Shown here in pieces: positions 13,601 to 28,491 of a DNA stretch of 64,000 nucleotides. Each line of letters starts with the position of its first letter. Within the stretch, counting starts at the first letter, position 1. The translations under genes were made by a program, and so were the position numbers. The DNA is taken from positions 999,183 to 1,063,182 of the forward strand of contig NW_003314317.1 of NCBI RefSeq assembly GCF_000143415.4, read 5' to 3'. The stretch is from Selaginella moellendorffii. Its lineage: Eukaryota > Plantae > Lycopodiophyta. Under the pieces are notes generated by a model. It made no database searches and was not told where the DNA came from. It saw nothing but the letters and a program-made list of their open reading frames with translations.

Positions 13601-14742
13601 ATTCCCATTTCCATTGGGATTCCTTTGGCAAGGGGTTCTCATGAACCCACCCACATAGCCCCAAGGTATCACACCTTGGCACATTTGGTGTCTCCACACC
13701 ATCGGCTCCATGAGCCTACCTCTATGACACTTCCCTTTCGTGTCTAGGTCTTTGCCAAGACTGATACCACTCTTTCTCATGCCAACCAACCGTTAACACT
13801 GCATCATAGAGGTCACACACAACTTTGTGTCAAAGTTGTTTTCTTTTTTTTTTGGGAACACCTTTCCCACGACTTTAGCATGGCACATTTTGCCATCGAT
13901 GAGATACCCTCTATTCTCATCCTTGGATCCTATGATCCCCCCCCCCAGCCTTCGTGGGGTACAGTCCAAATGCTTCCATTAGTCCTTTCAGGACCATCCT
14001 TCGACTCTACTTGAGTCATCTAGCAGTTTTGGACTTGGTTAATCCACAGACCCGTAAGGTCCTACTTGTGAGGCACTAGCTCACTGGAATACACTTCTTG
14101 CATTCCTGTCCTACTCAAAAAGACTATTTTCACAAGTGTTACTCTGACACTTGATTTTGTTCTCTGGGGGCAACCTTTGCCCCTTAGGACTACTTGTCCA
14201 TGTGATGAGAATACCACTCATCTCTAAGTACACCCCTCAACTCCTTGGGTTGTTCCAGCATTTATTAAAGGTAGCCCCGGCTACCATTTCGAGGACTCGT
14301 GTCCTCATCCATACTTGACCTCTCACGGTCATCACTTCTGGTCTCACATTCATGAGCACCAACCTCAACTATATGAGGATAATCTTGTGACTCCTTTATT
14401 GTTTTGGAGTCTCTATCTTTGCCGTGATCCTAACTATAGTTATTTACCATAACTATATTAACCAGTTTGCTAAGTCAAACTCTCATCTGGATCACATCCT
14501 CAACTCAATGAGGAAAACCTTGCACTGTTCCCAAGATCCCAAAGTCGTTCCATTATTGGCCCCTTTTCTATCCACCACCTTGTCTACAAGTTCATACATG
14601 AACTGTAATGGAGAGCCATGTCTTCCCGACCTGCTACTCCTCAAGGATAGGCCCACTCCTCGGACCTTCCGATGCCAACACCAGTGGTGATATACTTGAG
14701 CACCAATAAAAGTCGGACTAAGGAACAGCTCCGATACCAAAT

Positions 14743-16370
14743 TGTAAGCGACTAAATTTTCCATTCTACTTTAGTCACTTAACCACACCTCTGACCACTT
14801 GGAGGAGTCTCATTCACAACCTCCATAAGTCCAATCCAGGACTTGGGACTTGCTAGCCCCGAGAATGGCATCCATGCCACTCAACATTTGCACTTGGTCC
14901 AAGTGCTCCACGTGTCCGATCCCATGACCGACACTCAAAGGTACCACCGACATAGCAGCCCGTTACGCTAAGGCCATGCCCAATCACCTTTGCCACACTG
15001 GTAGTCCACTACCACTTGCATCACAGTCTTGGCTCTCCAAGACTAGGCAAACCATCCGTGAGTGGTCATCTCAGATCCACTCCTTAGCATCCTTAGGATG
15101 CCCACCGACAAGGGGAATAGCCTTCCCCAATATCCCTCTGTCAGTCCCCACTAAGTCCTTTTCTGCCCCTGGCCGTGTTTGCTAACACTGCCACTGGATC
15201 GAGACCCACAGGCCCGACCACTAAGTCCCACAGTCCTCTGGGACTTCCTCACCCCACGACTGTGTCCTTGGTCACTACCCCAGAGGACTGCGCCTCTTAC
15301 TCTCCACAGTCTAGGCCTTTGGGACAACATTTCGGAACACCGTGGCCTTACGCAAGCCACCTAGGTACTCTCCTCGCCTTTCGTCTTTAGGTGCTCTAGC
15401 CATGGGCTTAGAGCGAGGTTCCGTTGAGCCACGACAGGTATCCAAGTAGGTAGTGCCACCCACACTTGGACTGGGAGCATCGGCCAGTCGATCTCCCGGG
15501 GGAACTAGAGCCGGCTCTTGAACACTTCACCAAGCTACCCCACTTGTCAGTTTGTGTTCACTCTAGTCTTGGACTTCCCAGTGGGCAGCTCCTCACCCAA
15601 CACTGGGTCCGGCCTTCCTGGGCCAAACTGGCCTTTCCTGGCCAAACTGGCTCCACTGCAGTCCTCCCCCTACTATACTTTTGGAGCTCACCAAACCCCC
15701 CAGGGTCTGGGAGACGAACGCTTTGGGCTTTCACCCTCTCAGGCTCCGGACTCGGACTCGGACTCGGACTCGGACTCGGACTCGGACTCGGACTCGGGCT
15801 CGGGCTCGGTCTCGGCCTCGGCCTCGGTCTCGGTCTCGATCTCGGTCTCGGTCCCGGTCTCGGTCTCGGTCTCGACTTCGGACTCCATCTCGGACTCCAT
15901 CTCGGACTCCATCTCGGGTCCATCTCGGACTCCACCTCGGACTCCATCTCGGGTCCCTCTCGGGTCCACCTCGGACTCCATCTCGGACTCCATCTCGGGT
16001 CCATCTCGGACTCCATCTCGGACTCCATTTCGGGTCCATCTCAGGTCCACCTCGGACTCCACTTCGGACTCCTTCTCGGACTCCATCTCGGGTCCATCTC
16101 GGACTCCACTTCGGACTCCAACTCGGGTCCATCTCGGACACTCCCACGTGTCATGTGTTGGCCCTTTTGGGTCCCTTTTTGGAGCCTCACCTTTTGCTCG
16201 CTTCGTGCTCGTTCCTCGAGCACTTCGTTGGGAGTTCCACTCCCGCTCTTGACTTTTCAAGTCGGAGCTTTTGGTCCAAACGTGTTACGCTCGTTTGGCT
16301 CTCGCTTCGGCCACTACCATGGGGCGCCCTTCCGGCTCCACTTTGGGGCCTAGGGATTTTGTGTCTCACA
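14743..16370 (-). repeat. 5' LTR of element B
   Basis: Near-identical to 8950-10643; 66 bp shorter in the tandem array. Confidence 0.95.
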
Positions 16371-17266
16371 TACTTTTGGAACCCCCGGCAGCCCCCCCCC
16401 CCCCCCCTGGGAGACGCACGCTTTGGGCTTTCACCCCTTGACCCGTATTAGTATTTGGACTTAGTCTTTGGCTCGATCTCGGACTCGATTTCGGATCCGA
16501 CTTCGGATTCGGTCTCGGACTCAATCTCGGACTCGATCTCGAACCCGATCTCGGACACGATCTCGGACCCGACCTCGGACTCGACCTCGGACTCGGTCTC
16601 GGACCCGATTTCGGATCTCGAACTCTGTCTCAAACTCGGTCTCGAACTCGGTCCCCGAGTCGGCCTTGGACTTGATTCCGGACTCTATCTCGAACTCAGT
16701 CTCCGAGTCGGTCTTGGACTCGATCTTCGACTTGGTCCCATCCGATAAACTCTTTGTCATTTTGGTCATGCTTTCGGGGTTCCTTTAGCCTACGACACCT
16801 CGGCAAGTTGGTTCCTTACACTTGTGTCCTCTTCCGTATTTGACCTCCCACAGTCATCAATTCTGGTCTCAAATTTATGAGCACCAGCCTCAACTATATA
16901 AGGATAATCTTGTGACTCCTTTATTGTTTTGGAGTCTGCATCTTTCCCGTGATCCCAACTATAGTTGTTTACCACAACTACATTAGCCCATTTACTGCGT
17001 CAAATGCTCATCTAGATCACGTCCTCAACTCTCTGAGGAAACCTTTTTATTGTTCCCAAGATCCCAAAGTCGTTCTCTTACTGGCCTTTTTCCATCCACC
17101 ACATTGCGCACAAGTTCACGCATGAACTTGAGTGGAGAGCCATGTCCTCTCGACATGCTACTCCTCGAGGATAGGTCCACACCTAGGACCTTCTAATTCC
17201 AATACAAGTGGTGATATACTTGGCCACCAATAAGAGTCGGACTAAGGAATAGCTCCGATACTAAGT

Positions 17267-18333
17267 TGTAAGCGACTAATTTTTCCATTCTACTTTAATC
17301 ACTTAACCGCACCTCCGACCACTTGGAGGAGTCTCATTCACAACCTCCATAAGTCCCATTCAGAACTTGGGGCTTGCTAGCCCCGAGAATGGCATCCACG
17401 CCACTCAACCTTTGCACTTGGTCCAAGTGCTCCATGTGTCTGATCCCATGACCAACACCCCAAGGTACCACCGACATACCAGCCCGTTACGCTAGGCCAT
17501 GCCCATTCACTTTGGTCACATCGGTGGTCCAACACCACCTGCATTACAATCCCGTCTCTCAAAGACTAGGTCATCCATCCATGAGTGGCTATCCCAGATC
17601 CACTCCATAGCATCCTCAGGATGCCTGCAGACATGGGGAATAGCCTTCCCCAATGTCTCCTTTCCGGTCCCCACCAAGTCCCTTCCTGCCCATGGCCGTC
17701 TTCACCAACACTGCCACTGAATCAAGGCCCACAAGCCCGACCACCAAGTCCAACTGTCCTATGGGACTTCCTCACTGTGTGACTGTGTCCTTTGTCACCA
17801 CACCAGAGGGCTACTCCTCTTCCTTTCCACAGTCTGGGACCTTGGGGCAACATTTCGAAACACCGTGGCCCTACGCGAGCCTCATGGGTACTCTCCTTGC
17901 CTTCTGCCTTTGGGTGCTCTAGCCATGGGCTTAGAGCGAGGTTCCGTTGAGCCACACTAAGTATCCAAGTAAGTAGTGCCACCCACTCTTGGACTTGGAG
18001 CATCGGCCAGTTGATCTCCCGGGGGAACTAGAGCCGGCTCTTGAACACTTCACCAAGCTACCCCGCTTGTCGGTCCGTGTTCACTCTAGTCTTGGACTTC
18101 CCAGTGGGCAGCTCATCACCCAACACTGGGTATAACCTTCCTGGGCCAAACTGGCCTTTCCTGGCCAAACTAGCTCCACTGCAGTCCTCCCCCTTACTAT
18201 ACTTTTGGAGCTCACCAAACCCCCCAGGGTCTGGGAGACGAACGCTTTGGGCTTTCACCCTCTCAGACTCGGACTCAGACTCGGACTCAGACTCGGACTC
18301 GGACTCGGACTCGGACTCGGACTCGGACTCGGA

Positions 18334-18368
<35 letters not shown>

Positions 18369-18911
18369 TCTCAGCCTCGGCCTCGGTCTCGGTCTCGGTC
18401 CTGATCTCGGTCTCGGTCTCGGTCCCGGCCTCGGTCTTGACTTCGGACTCCATCTCAGGTCCATCTCGAACTCCATCTCGGACTCCATCTCAGACTCCAT
18501 CTCGGGTCCATCTCGGACTCCATCTCAGGTCTATCTTAGACTCCATCTCGGGTCCATCTCGGACTCCATCTCGGCTCCATCTCGGATCCATCTCGGGTCC
18601 ACTTCGGACTCCACCTCGGACTCCATCTTGGGGTCCTTCTCGGACTCCACTTTGGACTCCAACTCGGGTCCATCTCGGACGCTTCCACGTGTCATGTGTT
18701 GGTCCTTTTGGGTCCCTTTTTAGAGCCTCGCTTATTGCTCACTTTGTGCTTGTTCCTCGAGCACTTTGTTGGGAGTTCCACTCCCGCTTTTGACTTTTCA
18801 AGTCGGAACTTTTGATTCAAACGTGTTACGCTCGTTTGGCTCTCGCTTCGGCCACTACCATGTGGCGCCCTTTCGGCTCCACTTTGGGGCCTAGGGATTT
18901 TGTGTCTCACA
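17267..18911 (-). repeat. 5' LTR of element A
   Basis: Direct repeat of 3215-4895, adjacent to the PBS. Confidence 0.92.
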
Positions 18912-19547
18912 AACACATTTGGACTAAAAGTTTCAACTCGGAAAATCAATAACAAGAGTGGAACTCTTAAAGAAGTGCTCAAGGAATGAGTATAAAGAAT
19001 TGATAAATGAGTCTTTAGAAAAGGGACATAAAAAGGACCAACACTTTGTAAGTGTTATGATATGTGAAAGTGTCAAGACTGAGTCTAAGTTCGAAACCGA
19101 GTCCGAGATGGAGCTTGAGGCTGAGTTTGAAATAGAGCCCAAGACAAAGTCCAGGATGAAGGCCGAGACATCTTAGATGGTCAAATCTGAGATGGAGCCC
19201 GAGGTTGAGTTTGAGATGGAGGCCAAGACTAGGTCCAAAATAAAGTCTGAAAATGAGACTGAGACTAAGATTAAGACCAAAATTGAGTCCATGATAATAT
19301 AACCACTAAGGAGTCCAAGATTAAAGTGAACATAAATAGACAAGTGGGGTAACAATGTTCAAGAGCCAGCTCTAGCTCCCTTGGGAAATCGAATGGTTAA
19401 TACTCCCAATCCAAATATAGGTGGCATTACCTACTTGGATACTTAGTGTGGTTTATCGAAACCTCACTTTAGCCATATGGTTAAGGAGCTCGCATTAGGT
19501 TGTGATGTTTCAAAATGTTATCCCAAAGTCCTGAACCGTGGAAAAGA

Positions 19548-19636
19548 TGTAGCACACTTTATTTCTCTCCTCTTAAGCCAATTAGAAAAGGGGCAATTGC
19601 TTGATGAAAGAGCCCTTAGTGGCTATTTTATCCCCA
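19548..19636 (-). mobile_element. Partial copy of the 152-bp LTR family
   Basis: TGTAGCACACTTTATTTCTCTCCTCTTAAGCCAATTAGAAAAGGGGCAATTGCTTGATG matches the reverse complement of the end of 44864-45015. Confidence 0.8.
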
Positions 19637-19648
19637 TTTATCCTTTAA

Positions 19649-19841
19649 TATACAATTTTGAATTAGACTTTCCAAAATGTCACCTAACCCAATATTATTC
19701 AAACCCAAGGATAATTAACCCTAAATATCATAAGACCTTTAACCGAATAGAAAAAGGGGTGCACTTTTATTCATGGGTTCTTTCCTTTTATATTTGAACT
19801 CAATGGACTATTTCTTAAGTTATTTTATTTAGTATTTTACA
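19649..19841 (-). mobile_element. Decayed solo Cassandra-like LTR
   Basis: Colinear with 8456-8649 (AAACCCAAGG...AAAAGGGGTGCAC...TATATTTGAAC) with C>T/G>A decay. Confidence 0.8.
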
Positions 19842-21837
19842 AAATGAATTTTGATGGAGCATTCAAGTTGAAAAAAAAAAGTAATTGACATTAAAATACA
19901 CAATAAAGAAGCTACTATAAAGACCCACACTTGTAACTAAATTAAATAAGTTGATTCAAGGATTGAAGGAAGTAAAAAAATTAAGAACTAAAGATATGAT
20001 TGTTATAAAGATTTTAAATTAATTATGAATGAGAGTTAGAAGTTCAAGAATCAAGGCTTAACACTTATATCAAAAGATGCCTATGAATTGAAACAAGAGT
20101 TTCATTCATTTAAGATAAAAAAACATTGCAAAGAGGCATAATTTTGAAGTGGATTCACTGCCTCAAGTTGGTAGTAGAAAGTTATAGTATATTCATAAAA
20201 GTTGATAAAAATTTTCTTAAAGTAGAGAAGAGGGTGGAGCCCTGCATCTCAAAGTTATGATAGTAATAGATATTTTAAACCTTTTTAAAAGAGTTTGTCT
20301 CTCAAGTGGAAATGAAACATAAGTGATATAGCTAAAGTTATTTCTAGTATTTATGAAGGATGCAACAAGATATACAAGCAAATTAGAAACACAATTTATT
20401 TTATTTTGATGAGGATAGAATATGAAAGGCCAAAGATTTAATGAAGTAATTAGATTAACTAAAACAATATAAACTAATATTTTGAAATCATATGGCAAAC
20501 TTGGAGAAGAATTACAAAGTCTAATAGCCCCAATCTTGAAATAATCAATACATCAGGAATGTGCAATTTTAATAGAGATTGAAATGATAAGTTGATAGTG
20601 TTTTTTCAAAGCTAAATGATGACACTAGATCAAAAACCTCTTCTACATATATTGTGGCAATGTAAACATTTCTAAAATCAATGTCGTTATCTTTTCCTTT
20701 AAACATATATGGCAGATGCAACATTTGTGGTTCTGGAAAACAAGAACATTTAATCTAATTAAAATTTATCTAATTAGATAAGTCAATTCTTATTTTTCAT
20801 TTTGGCTTCATTCTTTTTTTAAAGACCTTTAAACCTTTTCATATCACTACTTATTTTCAATCCATTAAGTCCAACTTGTTTTACAAGTTTTAAACGATAG
20901 TAGTGTCAATACAAATTTTTTTTACTAAAAGTTTACCCTTTTTCAGGGCTTTTCCTTTAACCAGCATAATGTTTAACTTGTGCTAAATGGTGAATAGTCG
21001 ACAAATCTCTTATGATCTCTTCACATATGAAACTAAATTGGTGAATATGACAACATTTAGGATTTATTGTAACATCTCCTTCAATATTGTCTCCATCCCA
21101 AAAAACTTCATCATTCTTAGTCTTCTTTGTTTAAATTGGTGAACCTAATAGTGGATTGGAAATGACATGATGTTAATTAAATAGTTTTCCTCTTTTCCAA
21201 ATCTTTTTTTTATGCTTCTATACAAATTTCTCATATTTCTTTGCATGAGTTATGATATGTTAGTTAAAATCCTGGTTCTATCTTTACAATTACTATTTAT
21301 CTAATATCAACTTCATCTTTTGGGATCAAATCCACTCTTCTCTCAAAATATGTTAATTTTGAGTATATTTTTGGCAAAAGGAATGATATTTGGCCATTAC
21401 ATCAACTTTAATTGTTTTATTGATTTTGTAGAAGGAAAATCACCACTATTTGGTCCTATTTATAATCTTTCATAAGTGGAATTCAAAATGTTATATAGAT
21501 ATATCAAGGAGAATCCTTTTAAAGGTTTTATTAGCATTCTTAAATTTTAGCTAATACATATTTCTTCTTTATGTCTAAAAGAAATAGGTCTTTTCATTTA
21601 ATGGGGGACTACTGTAACCTAAACAACCAATTGATATCCACTAATCCTTGAGATGTTAAAATGGTCTTCACTATAATTGATTTATTTGATGTTTATAGCT
21701 TTATTGATATTTGGGAAGGTGATAAGTAAAAAACAACCTTTCACACTCATTATAGCCACTTTGAGTATATGGTGATGCCTTTTGATCTGACTAAGTTCTA
21801 ACATATGACAGATGCTATATTCAAAGTCTATATATAT

Positions 21838-21888
21838 GTTCTTTATATATGTATATACATATGTGTATAGATACACACACACACACAC

Positions 21889-21928
<40 letters not shown>
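21838..21928. repeat. (AT)n/(AC)n microsatellite
   Basis: Direct observation. Confidence 0.95.
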
Positions 21929-21929
<1 letters not shown>

Positions 21930-22041
21930 TTTTACTATACTAATACTATTTACTATTCTACTACACTTTACTATTCTACCTCCACATTTTCTTTATAGCC
22001 TAAAATTAAAGTAAAAAATAAGTTAAATCAAATCATGAAAA

Positions 22042-22142
22042 AGTATCCCAAGACCCTCAACCAATTGAAAAGGGAGTGTCCTTTCCTTATATATGTAAAC
22101 CTTACTGGATTTTTTTTTTAAATCATTCTCTTTGGTTGATCA
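22042..22142 (-). mobile_element. Fragment of Cassandra-like LTR
   Basis: TATCCCAAGACCCTCAACCAATTGAAAAGGGAGTG...CTTTGGTTG resembles 8534-8644. Confidence 0.6.
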
Positions 22143-22729
22143 AATTATAAATTGGAGGTAAAAGGTATAAAAGTGGAATTTTTATTTTCCAATAGGTTAA
22201 GTAGTAGAGAATATAGTGCAAAAGTTAACACACTTAAGCCAACAAAGAGCATAGGGAATCAAAGATAATAGTGGGAAGGTTGCTTAAAGAATATTCTTTA
22301 TAACATGGTGGTAAAAAACCTTTTTTTAAGTTATGTAGACAAGATAGAGGTTGAGGAGGTGGAAGATAGTGATTTGTCATCAGGCAAAAAATTTCTTAGA
22401 CAAGTGTGATGGTTTTAAGAATTAAATAGGTTTTTTAAGCATAAGTAATAGGAGAAGTTTTACAAGAAAAAATCTAAAGTAAAGGTTTTAGAAGGGAAAG
22501 ATACAAAGAAGTCAAGGTTATATGCCCTTAAGAATCTTTTGGGTTGTAAAATTCTATGTGGGCTAGAACAATATATTTGCACTGTGGAAAGAGTGGAAAC
22601 AATCAAAGTATAGTTTGATCAGATTCTAGAAATCTTTTAAATAGGTCTAGAAGCATTATTAATGAAGCATGAAAGTGGTAAAACTAGTCGGAGATTAGAG
22701 TCTTGATACTTCAAATCAAAAATTTTGTA

Positions 22730-23600
22730 AACTTGGTATCACTTAGAGGATCCATAAGGATCACCAAGCATGGGAAGAACATGGAAGAAGCATGCAAAAC
22801 AAACATGAGTAGGAGATGGTATGTATCATTGTAGCCTAAGAATCTTGGAGTTGAGGATGAGAAGTTGAGGATGGAGTCATGAGAGGCCTCCTTGTGTAGT
22901 TGGTTAGGATGGGATTGGCTCTAAGAAGTTGGGCTTGCTCTAGATGAAAGATCTATCATTTGGATTAAAAGTTCAGCTTTTACATACTTGCATTCCAAGG
23001 TTTTGCTTCACCCTTTGGACAATGAAAACCTTTGTTCTTAGGAATAAATTTGCATTTTTGTTAGAAAGAAGAATGTTCTTCGAGAGGAAAAAGAAGACAA
23101 TGTTCTTTGAGAGGAAAAAAAAGAAAGTGTTTTTTAAAAGGAATCTTTATGTAATTTGTGAATTGTTATGGACATACAGTGTTTCCAAGTTTATAGTAGC
23201 AATCTAAGTGTGCTGAAAGAAGTTTTAGAGTGTCTACAAAGAATTCTAAGCTTGTCCCGTCTTTCAATGTTCTTAAGCATGTTGGAAGTCCTGAGAGGGA
23301 CTCTAGTGAGTTGGAGTAGCCTACAAGAAAGAACTCATCACCTTCTTGGACAAGCTAAGCTGGAGAATCTTAATGTGCATTGCGAATGGCTATAGAGTAA
23401 CAATGTTCTCAAACACATTTGAGAATAGAGCATTGCATGAGAGAGAGAGAGAGTGAGTTAGAAGCCATTTTTGTCACAATTAAGGAGTTAGGAGTAGGAA
23501 AGATTCATTGAAAAATCCATGTGTAACATTATGATGCTGCAAGCTAGTGGGCAGCAATTCTACTATATAAAGGCCTCTAGAGTTGCAATTGGTGAGCCAA
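22730..23600 (+). mobile_element. Deleted Ty3/gypsy remnant
   Basis: TGGTATCA PBS-like at about 22736; purine-rich tract before TGTAA at 23150. No intact domains. Confidence 0.35.
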
Positions 23601-23727
23601 ACTAGTTCAAAAACAGCCAAGACAAGAGGAAAAAGAAAAGGATTAACTCTATGCTATATGGATTAAAACTGACTTAAACTGTCACACCCACAAGCTAGGT
23701 TCTAAAGTTAAGCTCAAGATCTTTTAA

Positions 23728-23748
23728 AGTCAAGTCAAGTCAAGTCAA
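23728..23748 (-). promoter_or_regulatory. Four tandem W-boxes (TTGACT) upstream of the CRK
   Basis: AGTCAAGTCAAGTCAAGTCAA lies about 75 bp upstream of the ATG. Confidence 0.6.
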
Positions 23749-23822
23749 ACATACATTTTCAAAGTCACGAGTTTTCGCCCTTTACAACCCATTCTAACTT
23801 GTCCAGATCTTTTAGCGCAGCA

Positions 23823-25853
<2,031 letters not shown>

Positions 25854-26087
25854 ACAACACATGTATTTATAATAAAATTAGTATATATACAAAATAACTT
25901 CCAGCTTTTATATGAACTTTGTTTCAAATGTTGCTCTGTGATTGGAAGCAGCTCTCAGTACTGCAAGGAAAATCGGAAAGAAATTGAAGAGATCAATTCC
26001 ACTTGCGCTGTTTGTGCACCGGCACCATTGTGATCCATTTTGAGAAGCACGCATTTCCCAGAGCTTTTCTTGCAAGAGATGGCAATG

Positions 26088-26478
26088 ATGGGACGAGCAA
26101 ACGCGCTGGAAGGAAAGCTCGACCCCCAGCTGTCCCTGTCCCCTCTTCTCATTTTTCTCCTTTCTTTTTACTCTGCTTTCCTGTGAAACCAGAACAAAAC
26201 CTTTTCAGTATCACCTTGAGGAGCATAGCCAGAAATAAGAGCAGTCGAGCTTACCACATCCTTGCGAGAAGATCAAACACTCACTGTGCCTCGCTTGCAC
26301 TGCCGTATTTTTCATAAGTGTCCACCAGGCTATGCAAATCTCTCCGTGGAAAAACTTTCTCAAGTTGGAAACCTCGCACAAGCCTTTAAAACGGAGTTGA
26401 AGCTCGATGCCATTTCGAGTGAGATCGGTGTCATGGATAACAGTGTTGGACAGGAAGTGGAAGAACGTGGAGGTGGCT
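26088..26478. pseudogene. Scrambled PPR gene fragments related to 45736-47937
   Basis: About 26090-26113 and 26400-26476 match about 47685-47707 and 47724-47806 forward. About 26180-26400 matches about 47255-47517 in reverse. Confidence 0.75.
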
Positions 26479-27959
26479 TCTCTAGACAAGATGGATAAGG
26501 CGCGAACATTCTCTGTGAAACCCCTAAGAAAGAACCTCACGGAAATTTCTGGTTGCATTATTTTCTTTGACTTTGTAGTTGCAAGTTTGTCAATGCTTTG
26601 CATGTGAGTGCCGGCAGTATATATATTTTGTGTTTGACTTTGCCTCTTCCACTTGATTTGTTGCAGTGTACTTAAGAGGAGCAGCTCGTGCTTGTACAGA
26701 ATCTGACTAGGTATGGCCAATTTCAGAAAAGCTCTCTTGTTTCTTCTTGTTCTTCTTGTGATGTTTTCTTTGGTGAGCTGTAGATAAGTGTCAAGCAGCT
26801 TCCAATTGAGTGCAGGAAGGGTATTGATGAAAGCTACAACAACATTTGCAAATGTTGCTCTGTGATTGGAAGCAGCTCTCAGTACTGCAAGGAAGTAATC
26901 CTTTGTGCACCGGCACCATTGTGATCATTTAGAGTGTTATGTACAACACAGAAGAATAATATACCTTTGTAGCAAAGAAATACAAGACCAGTTTTCTTTT
27001 GTCTTGTTTCTCGCTTTTTGTGTGCTAGGCAGTGGAAAGTAATTTCGTAGGGAATATTATATTTTATGTAAAATATAATATTTATCTGGTCACAACGAAT
27101 CCTCAAAACATGATCCCATGATTGTGCATAAAGGGCAACAATATTCATGATCATTCGGTAGTATCCATAGCAGTATTGAGAGAAAACTCGAAAAACCATG
27201 AAAACCAAGAGAATAATTTTATTCTTTTTCATATCAAACTAAAGAAATCAAAGTCGGAACGCCTGGAAATGTTTGGCATAGGTAGAATATATATATGCAA
27301 TGTCTCTACCAGCATATATCACTTGTCGAATTAAATTTTCTATCTGAAGTGTGTTATGAGAGTTCTAGTTGGTTTTCTGAGGAGATTTGCAAAGAAAAGA
27401 GGGATATATAACATATGACCATAAAAACAAATCAAATTTGTATGATCCTCTTTTATGATTCTGCAAAAACTGGCAATTAAATTTGACCTGTGACCTTTCA
27501 CTGCCATTTTAATTTCATTTCCTACTTCAGCAATAAGCAGATAATTTCAATATTAATAATAAAGAGCAGATCATACTTATATTAGTTCTTTAGTTTTAAC
27601 TGCCATACATCCATCCAAAAAAATCCCCATGATTGATACCCACCCTGTGGTGCACAGCAAGAACTATAGTCACATACCAGAGTATGCTAGGAAGAAATGG
27701 CAATGAACGTGGATAGAGAATGAGTTATATGTATCCTTATATATAGAAAGGACTTATCCAAGTTGCAGTTGAAATAAAACTCTGGTCATATGGAGTCACA
27801 TTCACATTCTTTCTGCTTAGGACTATATGTTCACAATCTTACATTCAAAGTAATGCATATGTTGAAAGTGGGCCCTTACTGCAGAACCTTAATCTGGGCC
27901 TTAGGCCAACTTTAAGTTCCACTTTAATTCATTTCTCAAATCTGACACAAGTGAGTCAA

Positions 27960-28491
27960 AAACTAGAGTCAACTCAAGTCAAACACACATTTTCAAAGTC
28001 ACAAGTTTCCACCCTACAACCCATTCTAACTTAGCCAAAATCTTTTAGTGCTAGCAATGCCACTTTCTCTTTGAGCAGAGCAGTTGGCAGCAGGGACATC
28101 CTACGAGCCAGGCAATGATAGCAACATTATTTACTACAACACTGCCAAGACCATAGAGAAGCAGAAAAACGCTGAGACGGTCCTCCATTTTTTCTACGAG
28201 CACAAACCTCTCAACGGATTTGCTACCTGTCTTGGCTATGGCGACTTTCCCAACGCTATCTACGGCCACACAGGATGCTACAACATGTCCGACCAGCCAA
28301 GCTGCTCAGAATGCCTCATGCAAGCTTACCAAGCAGGTCGCTCTGTATGCTTTGGGTGGTACTTAGAAACGGAAAGAAGATGCAGTTTGCGACATTGGAT
28401 TCTGGATTGAGTAAGTTTCCTCTCCTGATAATCTATCATGGCTGTTCTAACTTATATTCCCATTCTTCCACAGCTCTCTTTGGTGTCGTGG
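27960..28491 (+). pseudogene. Truncated, frameshifted duplicate of the CRK promoter and DUF26 exon
   Basis: Colinear with about 23730-24320 (NGFATCLGYGDFPN..YGHTGCYNMSDQPSCSEC). Homology stops at about 28491. Confidence 0.88.

Larger units (their letters stand above)
8950..16370 (-). mobile_element. Young non-autonomous LTR retrotransposon B (same family as A)
   Basis: LTRs 8950-10643 and 14743-16370 differ by only about ten substitutions plus repeat-unit indels. TSD TACTT at 8945-8949 and 16371-16375. PBS TGGTATCGGAGCT at 14727-14739 (minus). PPT-like GGGTGGTGGAGT. Possible gag remnant (GSWEQCKVFLIE) near 14500. Confidence 0.95.
8456..16820 (-). mobile_element. Cassandra-like TRIM with 5S-rRNA-derived LTR domain; second LTR chimeric and split by element B
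   Basis: LTR 8456-8649 (TGTAAGC...GCTTACA), 206-bp internal region, PBS TGGTATCAGAGG (8842-8853, minus), PPT-like GGGAAGCGTGGTGGAT. Second LTR starts at 8856 and the insertion ends CCTTACA at 16820. TSD CTTGT at 8451-8455 and 16821-16825. Confidence 0.85.
3215..18911 (-). mobile_element. Non-autonomous LTR retrotransposon A (LARD-like), interrupted by the nested insertion 8456-16820
   Basis: LTRs 3215-4895 and 17267-18911 (TG...CA). TSD AACAC at 3210-3214 and 18912-18916. Decayed tRNA-iMet PBS just left of 17267 and PPT-like GGTGGTGGAGT next to 4895 on the minus strand. No pol ORF. Confidence 0.92.
3127..19547 (+). mobile_element. Old decayed LTR of the A/B family in opposite orientation, split by element A (pieces 3127-3214 and 18912-19547)
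   Basis: TGTAAGATACAAATTCTTAAGCCCCAAAGTGGAGCC...GTAACAC continues as AACACATTTGGACTAAAAG. Both match the reverse complement of the A/B LTR end with C>T/G>A decay. Confidence 0.8.
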
